A stretch of DNA of 64,000 nucleotides from positions 123,628,001-123,692,000 of the forward strand of contig OX597820.1 of the NCBI GenBank assembly GCA_951406725.2, in the 5' to 3' direction. Below, one piece after another: positions 53,912 through 64,000 of the stretch. Source of the DNA: Octopus vulgaris. Its lineage: Eukaryota. The translations under genes and the position numbers were made by a program. Each line of letters starts with the position of its first letter. Within the stretch, counting starts at the first letter, position 1. Below the pieces are notes generated by a model. It was not told the origin of the DNA, did no database searches, and worked only from the letters and a program-made list of their open reading frames with translations.

Positions 53912-56667
53912 TACATATATATATATAGATGTATGTGTGTGCAATTATGTATGTATATATGTATATATATATATATATATACATACATAAATGCACACAC
54001 ATACATATATACACACACGCAGTCACACACACAGAAAACACACATGCATGCGTGTGTATGTGTGCATTGTATATTTGTAAGTATCTACGTATGTGTGTAA
54101 GGAGAGAAAAAGTACTGCTGTTAACGATATCAAGAAATTAAAAAATCAGCTAAGAAAAAAAGGGAAGAAATAGGGAAAAAGAATAGAACAGAAAATATCT
54201 CGCTAGAAAGAGAAAGCGAAGTGGAAGAGGATGTGAAAAGAAAAAGAAGAGACAGAATGGTATTGTGTGAATAAGGTAAAGAAAGAATAAAGCAAAATTT
54301 ACATGCATCTATAAGTGCGCATGCTTTTGTGTATGAGCGTGTGTCCTTGTGCGTATGCATCTATATATGTGTTTATGGCTGCGTGCGTAGAAAGAGAGTG
54401 AGAGAATTTGTTAGGAAATAAGAAGAAACATAGGTGATATACAGGGGTTTCCTGAGATTCTCAAAGGTATTAGCAATAACCAAAGTAACATCAGGAAATG
54501 CTAGTAAGAAACCTACACACATAATAAAAGAAGACATCAAAGAAAGTTCAATAGAAAAAGACAATGAGTAAAGAAATATAAGATGTAAATGTTGGAGTAT
54601 ATTAGATACCAAAGAGCGAGTCTTACACTAGAACAATGTTATGGTGCAGAAATACGAGCGGAAGAAAGCAAGAAGGAAAACAATGCACATGAAATATAAT
54701 GATAATAAAAATCTCAAAGTAAAGGAATTTCGATAAAAACATTGTGAAATAAAATGCTTCCCTGAGAATAATGAGTATTTCGGAGATAATTAAAAAATTA
54801 CAAATGAGAGAATAAATTCCGAAGAAGAAAGGGTAAATTTTTGGGCGGGGAGAAAAGTAAGAAATAAAATCAAAAACTACATACTGTAGCTAAAATAGCA
54901 GTAAAATAAATGTAGCAGTATTACACACAATAATTCTGGTAAAAATAACTTGTGAAACTTCGAAGCCATAACAGGAAGACGTAATTTGCCAGCCTAAGTT
55001 TGAATAAGACCAAATCATTTTTAATGCATTTTCACATGCTACATTCTTATATTCCTATGCATCGCTATAAAATATTGATATGAATGAGTGTTTGGCGCAA
55101 CACCTGTAATATGTTTTTGAGTATACAATGTCCGACTAACAGTGATTGTTCCTCTCACAGTTATTAGCTACAACTGGCAATTCTGCTCAAAATAATAGCT
55201 GGATAACATACTAGTTACCAGTTTTATTTGAAAGAAAAGGACGCACTACAGAATGCAGCCGGAGAAAAGAGACCACTGGCTGTCGACTCCTGGTATTGAA
55301 TAAGAGATTAAGTATTTTAGCATCACCGAAGCTGCGCCTCAAGAGGTAACTGGGTTGTTCTTGTAACAGCAATTTTCAGGACCGCTTGTTTTATTGTTGT
55401 TAGTTCCTTTTTTCTCCGTCTCTCTACCACGTTTCAAGTTTCTAAGGCCTTCAAGTAGATCTTACTACTACACACACCTGTCTCATCTCCTTTCATTCAA
55501 GCGTCGCCTAATGCTATGTCTAAGACTGTTAGAATAAGGGATAGTTTGATTTTCGGTGTCTGTTCTGATATTCTGCGATCTGAGTTCAAATCCCAACGCG
55601 GTCTACTTTGTTTTTCATCATTTGACGGTTTATCAATAATTGTTAATCAAAGGCACTGAATTGGCAAATCTGTAAAAACTATAATAAAAATAGCTTAAAA
55701 TATATGTTCAGGTTCTTTACCTTCTAAGTTCAAATCCGGTCATGGCCCAAGTGATTGTAGATTTAGCCTGTCGCCTGGATTATTTGCACCAACTGTCAGA
55801 TTTCATGGATGTCACTCTGTTGCAAACATTAAAACCATGTTTCTGGTTTCTTCCGTCTTCCCTCCCATATGTCAGAAATGTCCGTAACATGTCATGGGCC
55901 CTGCATTCTCTCTTCACAACAGAAACATCACTGATATACGCATCCAAAATCTGGTTTTAAATGTCCGCCTATCAGAACTTCATGCCAATTCCTTAAAGAC
56001 TTTTTAAATTAAGAATACATTATCTAAAGAAGTAAATAATTCAGATCAAATAATAAAATTAAATAACTTCAAAAAATAATTCATAAAGAAAATTAAAAAA
56101 ATTGAAAAAAGCAAAATAAAACAAAACAATTTCTTTGAAAAGAAACATCATGGAAATAGACTTTATACATGCAAATCAAAGTAAACAACAAAACAGAATG
56201 GAGCTAAGCTTGAACAAAACTACAGAATACTGAGTAAGAAAAAGCATATCTGAATCAAAGCAAACAAAATTATGCATGAAAAAGTTATGAGGAAGATTTA
56301 AGAAAACAGGAAATTCTGAAGGTTGAGATCATGAACATGACATTTTCCAGTTGCAGACAATTAAAGAATATAAAGAAATAGAAAGTTTTCCTATGAGCTA
56401 ATGACCTCCTCCCCCCACACACACATTACCGCGCTAATGATAAAATAGAAAAAAAAAACCCAGTTTAACTGAACAAATGTATGGAGCAACTTTTGTAGTT
56501 ACAAGCCAAAGAGAGCATTCCTTCGATCTACTCAGGAACGTGAAAGTCTAAGGAACCAATATGGCAAACAAATATACAAAATGATAGAAAATACGAGAAT
56601 AGAAATCCCCATTTGAGAAAAATCACTAACAAAACGGGAGAACTGGAAAAATGTAGATACAAAGACA

Positions 56668-56702
<35 letters not shown>

Positions 56703-56707
<5 letters not shown>

Positions 56708-56821
56708 CGTGATCAGCATGACCGACCAGGATATCAGATGTTGCTGCATATCCCTGGTCACAATGCGCTTTGCATTGTTTTAGCCTTCAAATGACGCCAC
56801 CCCGCTGGCTAAGCCAGCAGG

Positions 56822-56825
<4 letters not shown>
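56703..56825 (-). mobile_element. SINE 3' fragment between two (TA)n arrays
   Basis: Reverse complement matches 33385-33495 (CCTGCT.GC.TAGCCAG...CATTTGAA.GCTAAAACAATGCAAA...TTGTGACCAG). Confidence 0.7.
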
Positions 56826-56875
<50 letters not shown>

Positions 56876-57289
56876 AGTGGGTTTCCGTCGTTCAACAACG
56901 ATGAGTATTCGGTAGTTTGATAAAATTACCTTCTGCAATAACGTATAAATTGCGGAGTATTCCGCTGACACATATATCCTTAACGTAATTCTCCAGACGA
57001 ATCAGTATGAACTCGGATGACAAGGCTGCACCTTTAGGATTGCAAGCACAATCTACCGGACTCGCTTCGATACAGTTTCCGTTTACTCAATGTCACTCAC
57101 AAGATATGGGGCGCACCGAGGTTAAAACAAATGCCATTTTGCTGAAGCAAATACGTGAAAACCCGGTGATTACGAATCAGACCTCCTCATCATTCGGGCA
57201 TACTACACTTACAACAGAAATAGATAGAGACAAAAAGTATGTAACTCACTAGTTCTTAAAGAATTCGTGGGTATAAAAGAAACAACATT

Positions 57290-58540
57290 TCATTGGACAA
57301 AAGAAAATACTTGACTCGAACACAAAGTAAAGAGTAAAATGAGAATTGATGTTGCCGTGAGAAAAGTAAAATAGACAAAGGTCGGGAAGGTTATGGATAG
57401 GGAAAAAAATCATCGCCAATGAGTTGTTGAAAACAACGCAGATAACCTCAGAGTAATCATGGAAGATTATGGCAAGGAAAGTAATCAAGATGATAAAATG
57501 AAATCTGGGATGTACTGGGACGTATTAAAACTCCGAACACCTGTTTCACATGCATATCAATAAGGCAAAATAAAAAACAAGCGAAAACAGTTGATTCGCT
57601 CACCTAAAACCCAAACTAATAGGGAATGTCATGTAAACGGGAGACATTGCAACGGACGTATCCAATGACTAGATGCATAGACGTGACATTCATATTTGTG
57701 AAATGTGCCAAGGTAGCAGAAAAAAAAGAAAAACCAATTAAGAACACTAATGCCAAGCTAAATCTACTAACAGTATGAAATTATTGAGGTAGAAGGAAGA
57801 AACCACACACACAAATTAAAGAAAAAATTAAGAAAAATATTATAGACATATTAGTTTAATAATTAAAGAGAAATAATTGCAAAAATGGTAACAGGCATGA
57901 ATATTTTAGCCGTTCAAGTAATAAATTATAATTATGACATCTAAATTAGATACTAAATTAACAAGTAACAATAGATAGCGGAAAATCGGAGTAAGCAACC
58001 TGAAATTTGGCACAAAAATGATTACATTTACCAGAAATACAAGGAAATATAAACATAAAAATGAGAAAACTGTTATAAATAAAATATTTCGTTAGGGCTA
58101 CCTAAGTTTTGATTAAAAATGACTACAAAATAACTGACTACTTTAAAGATAAGTCTGAACCAACAACGGGCATTACAATAATGGTAATATATAAGCTAAG
58201 ACAATTATAAAGTGATGGGAAGAAAATATGCCACAAGTCGATAATCGTAAAAAAAAAATGTAAGAAAAATGGCAACGCTAGCTGAAAAGCCAATCTCAGA
58301 ACTGAGATTGATGGATTCTTGATTGCAGCTCTAATATCACAGATCAGAAACCACTGAATGCCTTTAATGAATGAGAATATATTAAGTAATTGCAGAACAT
58401 GTGCCTGAGAACAGATTATACAACACATCGTCCTTGGTTGCTTCATCTTAGCTAAGAAAAAATACATACATAAGCGTGGCAGCGAGAAAGATTTCATATA
58501 CTGCAATATTTTATCAGACACACACCAGAAGTAAAGCTTA
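57290..58540 (+). mobile_element. Decayed R4/Dong-type LINE
   Basis: RTEIDGFLIAA and SNCRTCA*EQIIQHIVLGCFILAKKKYIHKR at 58300-58500 match ETEGF..AAQDQ and CR.C...ETI.HI..GC..LA...Y..RH. The upstream boundary is approximate. Confidence 0.65.
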
Positions 58541-58770
58541 AGAGAATTCTGAATAGCCATTGTCTGAAATAAGTCGGCTCACCAAGATTATATGAAGCAG
58601 GTAAAAAAATTTAACCTCGTAATAAATGGTTCGTAAATAACAAAAACAAATAAACATGCAGTGCCATTTTTAGGGTCGTGTTCAAGTGTTAAAACCATGT
58701 TATAGAAATGAGTACAATGCAGAGGAACAACGAATATACATATTAAATATAACAGTATCATTGGTATATA

Positions 58771-59042
58771 GGCGCAGGTGTAAGAATCTTGTTCCCAAAT
58801 TACATAGTTCTGGGTTCAGTCCCACCGCGTGGTTCTTTGGATGAGTGTCTTCTAATATAGCCTCGGGCCGACCAAAGCTGTGCGAGTGGATTTGGTAGAC
58901 GGGAACTGAAAGACGCTCGTCGTATATATAAATATATGCAGGTATATATTTATACCTGGGGCGATTTTTCCGACTAAAACCCATTAAGGTGATGCTCCAC
59001 CATGGTCGCAGTCAAATGATTGAAGCAAGTAGAAGAATAAAA

Positions 59043-59045
<3 letters not shown>
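58771..59045 (+). mobile_element. tRNA-derived SINE family B
   Basis: Head GGCGCAGG...B box GGGTTCAGTCCC, core GCCTCGGGCCGACCAAAGC..GTGGATTTGGTAGACGG, tail GCTCCACCATGGTCGCAGTCAAATGATTGAAGCAAGTAGAAGAATAAAAG. The same tail occurs at about 14228-14280. Confidence 0.8.
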
Positions 59046-59099
<54 letters not shown>

Positions 59100-59423
59100 A
59101 GTGTATAGTGGCCAACCTCTGTTTTCTCGATGGTTTATATCTACAAAAGGAGTTTATGTCCCCATTAAATTATAGAACAAAAAAACAATATTTAAAACAA
59201 AAGTATATCTAAAATTCTTTTGAGAGCTCCAGAAATATGATAAATTGAGGAATTAATAAAATTAGTTCACTGAAATGTACAGCAACTTAGAATGTTTAAA
59301 GTTTTAAACCAATAGAAAAATTACTATTAAATAATTGAAAGAACGGAGCAGACACGCAACAATCTTCTGAAAGTTATTAAATGAATAGAGATGGAACTGG
59401 AGAAGAAACGAATATAAATATTG

Positions 59424-59729
59424 GGATATTCTCGGTTTGAACGGCAGTTTTTTTCTAGCGGTGTCATATGAAATTGTCACCCATAATTATGACCCTAGTA
59501 TCAATCTATTGCATTTCAATCTGTTTTAGGGTTAGGGTGGGGGGGAAAGGTATCTTGTTTTCTTCACAAATGTAAATAAACCCAATCTATTTCTTAAACG
59601 AGGGACATATTCATACGGCACAAAATGTTTTTTTTACCTCAATGGAGGTCATTGATTGGTTTAAATTGCAGAAATTGTTTAGTTACCTAGAAATTATGTT
59701 AAGAACTGCCGTTCAAACCGAAAAGATCC
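59424..59729. mobile_element. MITE with 26-bp TIRs and 9-bp TSD (Mutator-like)
   Basis: GGATATTCTCGGTTTGAACGGCAGTT and AACTGCCGTTCAAACCGAAAAGATCC (2 mismatches). TSD TAAATATTG (59415-59423) and TAAATATCG (59730-59738). Confidence 0.85.
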
Positions 59730-60579
59730 TAAATATCGTTAAAGTGTTCTTGAAATACAATTTCAAATAAAATAAAAAGTAGAATCAAGGTCGGAAGATT
59801 TGCCTACAAGCTCCTCTTTAAAGTTAGTTGCTGTTGATTGTTCACCCACAATGACTATCACGAAGATACCTCAGTAACATTTCTTTCTTTACCAGAAATG
59901 CTAGTTGGATAAGTGCTGTATAGAACGTACGAATGAGCGAATTGTTATATTACTGTAATTCATGTATTCATAAAGTAATTGTTTACAATACGTCTGGAAA
60001 TAGTATTTTGTCTGCAGCTGCACCCTACCTGCACAACCAGATACGAAATATTTATCTCGTCTACATATATTTATAAATTTAAACGTAGATAACGATTAGT
60101 GTCGACACTACGACTGGTAAATTATCTTATCAATATGTTTGCCAGACAGAAAACTTAGATAATCTTAATAACATAGACGCTACAGAAAGCTTTCTTCATG
60201 AAATTACTTTCATGTTTCATCTATTATGAAATGAAAGGAATATTGCTGTACTTTTTTTTTTTTTCGTGAATCAATTATATTTGTCTTCTCATTACCATAC
60301 TTCTCATCTCTAAATATATAATTGTTTACAGGATAGTAATCATAATTAGAAAATATACATATTTTTGTCGTTATTTTCGGGAACCTCACTTTGCGTGCTT
60401 TCAGTGCACTATCGAGCGCAATTCCGTGCGCCTTGGTTAAGTGCAATGCTTTGTTTTCGTCTTCAATTGCATTGACAGTGCATTACATAATTGTGTGCCA
60501 TTCTGTATGTTTCGCATATTTGGATGTTCTGAGAATCTTGTTATGTATATGTTTATATACTTTTTTCAGCAAAACACCT

Positions 60580-60663
<84 letters not shown>

Positions 60664-60760
60664 TAGTTTTATTTTTATAGCGTGCTTTCACTTCACTACC
60701 GAGCGCAGCTCTGTGTGCCTTGGGTATGTGCTGTGATTTGTTGTGATGCTCCGATGGTTA

Positions 60761-60813
<53 letters not shown>
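60580..60813. repeat. (CTT)n(ATT)n arrays flanking a ~100-bp unique insert
   Basis: Directly visible. Confidence 0.9.
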
Positions 60814-60816
<3 letters not shown>

Positions 60817-61116
60817 ACAATTTCTTCTGTTTTGCCTCCCCACGTTCTGGTTGTCGTCTCCGTTTCATATGCTTATATTTAGATACGGCCACCATATTCT
60901 TTAGTTACGACTTATTGTGTGTGTCAAAGGAGACAAATTATATCATTAACTGACGAAGTCGTCCTGTGGCGGTGGTAGCTTTGTTAAATGCACATCTGAT
61001 TATTGGGGCTTCGTCAGTATGTCAAAAGTATCTACTGACAAAATGTGCATTTTAGCAATGCCAATATCGCTGATGGATGATTTTTGTCTACTAATATTTT
61101 CGTCTAGTAATGTATG

Positions 61117-61180
<64 letters not shown>

Positions 61181-61181
61181 T

Positions 61182-61385
61182 ATACTAAGCAATAAAGGGT
61201 TTAGCAACGAATTGCCTTACCACAGACCGAATTTAGAAATAGCAGTCAAAGAGTTATAGCTATTTCTTCTACTAAAAAGGAAGAAATATAAAAAGTAGAA
61301 GAAATAGCTATAACTCTTTGACTGCTATTTCTAAATTCGGTCTGTGGTAAGGCAATTCGTTGCTAAACCCTTTATTGCTTAGTAT
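61182..61385. repeat. Perfect 92-bp inverted repeat with 20-nt spacer
   Basis: 61182-61273 is the exact reverse complement of 61294-61385 (checked base by base). Confidence 0.97.
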
Positions 61386-61481
61386 TACTTAAATTTTCCT
61401 CGAATGAGGCTTTTACATGCCGAAGACTACTTGGTGTAATTGATAATTATTCCAAATTAATTAATTTCACCCTTCATTATT

Positions 61482-61549
<68 letters not shown>

Positions 61550-61590
61550 ATATAAATGGAATTAAACGTGGGTGTTATTTAAATTCTTTT

Positions 61591-61679
61591 ACCTCCGACA
61601 CATGTTTCGAAGATATCACTAGTATTATTCCAAAGGGATGAAATTGTGTAAAATAATGCAATCTTCTCTTCAGAGATGT
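61591..61679 (-). ncRNA. Type I hammerhead ribozyme motif (Penelope-associated type)
   Basis: Minus strand: ACAUCU-CUGAAGA-GAAGAU...AUCUUC-GAAA-C-AUGU-G-UC/GGAGGU. Intact core, 6-bp stem II base, 1-2 bp stem III with ACAUGU palindrome, GUC site, stem I with 5/6 pairs. Confidence 0.7.
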
Positions 61680-62744
61680 GAAGAAATTAAAGACGTCAAT
61701 AAGACATCTTAACAGAAAATGATGGATATGTATAGTAATCTATAAGTCAAATACCGTAGTTTATTACGCTTTCAACAATCTATCTACCTTGAGCATGATA
61801 CACAAAAAATGCTACTTTAATCTATTACTGCCATTGTGGCCCATAACAAATTTTGTTCAGTACGTTAGCTAACTGCGACATCAGTTATTTTGCAATCTCT
61901 GTTTTGCAATATCAATAGCGGCTGAACGTGTCTTAAATACTTGCCACTGATGAAGCGAAGAGAGTCAGGATTACGCATTTAGCAAAGCTACTAGCGCTTC
62001 TGGATGAATTTCGTCTGCTGCTGAAATATTTTGGGGCTTTTACGCCGGTTAATACTATCTCGAGGCATCATTGCATTAATTGATCTTTCTATGAAGTACC
62101 TGCTTTAAGTGCGATACACAGCTTGCTATTTTAAACCAATATTTCTTCTGTCGCTTACAACGAACATAAATGTATGTGTCTGTGCATGAGTGTGCATGTT
62201 TGTGTATTCTCGACAACTGCTTGACACCCAGTGTCGTTTTGTTGATGTCCCCTAACATAGCGCTTCAGTAAAAGCAGCAGTTTAGCTTGCCGTTTTGTTT
62301 TATTTTTTTATGATGCTTTGAAATACATAATTTATACCAAAACTATTAATTGGTTTCTATTAATTTCTACATAGGCTAGGAGCCAGTCCTTCTAAGATGT
62401 CAGGCTATGCTTCCAATAAGATGTCCTTCCGACAAACAAATGTATATAAAACAATGTATTAAATTTTACTATACTCATTAAAATCGATGCAAATGAGAAG
62501 TGTTTTAATCTGAATAAATGTAATGCGATTGACCTTGATAGAGGTAATTTAGTAAATTATATTGATCTGCTCATTAAATTTTACGCAAAACAGAAGTTTC
62601 ATTGTGGAATCGTTTCTTATTAGTGCACCTAAAACCAGTCATTGTCGCCACCGAGACTATTCAATACTACGTCTTTTGTTTTAAATTACACACATGTACA
62701 ACTAAATTTCCAATTAATACAAAAGGTAATTTTACAAGAAACTA

Positions 62745-63120
62745 TGGAAAATGATCTCATTAAATCAATCACTACCAGTAAGGTACTAGTCATAATCAGT
62801 AAATCCAATAAGGCATGTAATTTCACAAAAGAAAAAAAAATGAAATATAGTGAAAAACCTTTCAATTAAACAAAGGAAGGTCAATTTAAAACGTTAATCT
62901 GAATAAACCGCAGGAGGGAAGATCAACAAGAAATGATAATACGAACGCGTGCCACTACGATTCAAGACCAAGTAAAAATTCTTCAGTTCTCTGCGAGCTT
63001 CATATTTCATTGACTAATTGAAGATCTTCAGAGAAAGAAGGATAACTTAAAAAAGAAGCAACAAAAACGTTCCCACCAATCTATAGATAACCAAAGTAAT
63101 GGAGATGCATTTAGAGTCCT
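62745..63120 (+). mobile_element. Possible decayed Penelope-like RT N-terminal fragment
   Basis: DLIKSITTSKVLVIISKSNKA...KYSEK resembles the I.I.K.DKG...Y..K region; a downstream PPIYR*PK-like segment near 63075 resembles P.LYG.PK. Confidence 0.35.
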
Positions 63121-64000
63121 ATGAAAGAGAATTTCTCGTAAAATAAGGTAAGATGCTTTTACTCTTTATTACAAGCAAATGGATAAATTGTCAAATCAGA
63201 CTCTGTTCTAGGAATATCAATAGAATTGTAAATCAATTACGAATTCTTAGAAAAACTTTAATATAATGTTTCACGCCGAATTTTTAAGTTATGTTGGGAA
63301 ATACCACAATCCCAATAGCATATTACTGTCATTTCATTTAGTGCGTATGAGTAAAGTGATTTGTAACAAAAGCATTACGAGCAAAGGAAGTGATAAAAAC
63401 AATGTTTTCGTTGTCCTGAACACTTAAGATTTCGCAAATAAGAACCCAAACGGATTTAAAGATAGAACTGAATTTAGGTAGACACCAGCTTAAAACAAAA
63501 AGCTATTAAATTATTCAGAAGCAGCAATGCGATTAGCGATACTTCTACACTCTGAACGGAATAGAAGCCGAGAATTATCATGCGTTCATACACGGAAAGC
63601 TTACGACTAATAAAAAATAACATTTTCAGACCCATTAAATTGCAAGTATACATACTCATCTAGAACATTGAGATAAAAACAATAGTAAAATCTGTAGATA
63701 ATATTTATTAGCCAAGAATAAAGTGTATCTGTATGGATAATAGAAAGAAATACACCGATGAATTAAAAGTTGTAGCCATCTCATTTACTTTCTCAGCACC
63801 TTATCAACTAAGTACTCGAATCCATGGCACTTTTAGAAGCCTCACTTTATACATGATACCTTGAATACTATCTCCCAACTCATTACTAAACGTTCCTTTT
63901 GTTATTCAGAAATATCTATTTATTTAAAAAAATGTCAAAATAGTACCCATTATCAGGGATATGTATCAATATTTTCTTCTCTTGAATAGATAGGAAATTG

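Noticed and set aside
61946-62015. CUGAUGA-AGCG...CGCU
   Set aside because: GAAA does not follow the stem, so this is not a hammerhead.

Overview
Eukaryotic, AT-rich, repeat-saturated DNA, probably intronic or intergenic. The very dense (TA)n/(CA)n/(TATC)n/(TATG)n arrays and the tRNA-derived SINE families suggest a cephalopod, probably Octopus (inference only). I cannot identify an intact host gene, RNA gene or CRISPR array; most listed ORFs are microsatellite translations. The window is a transposon graveyard: a young 5'-truncated CR1-type LINE (RT ORF 30566-31759), an RTE 3' end with TSD, L1/Tx1-like remnants, five R4/Dong-type remnants, Penelope-like remnants, pogo/Tigger remnants, several MITEs, two solo-LTR-like inserts, a Helitron-like element and many SINEs. 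The most notable signals are a structurally complete type I hammerhead ribozyme motif (61591-61679, minus) plus decayed hammerhead-like motifs, a perfect 92-bp inverted repeat (61182-61385), a SINE 3' tail resembling local Tx1-like LINE ends, and unverified frame-compatible plus-strand exon/micro-exon candidates. All calls were made by eye; no database searches were run.
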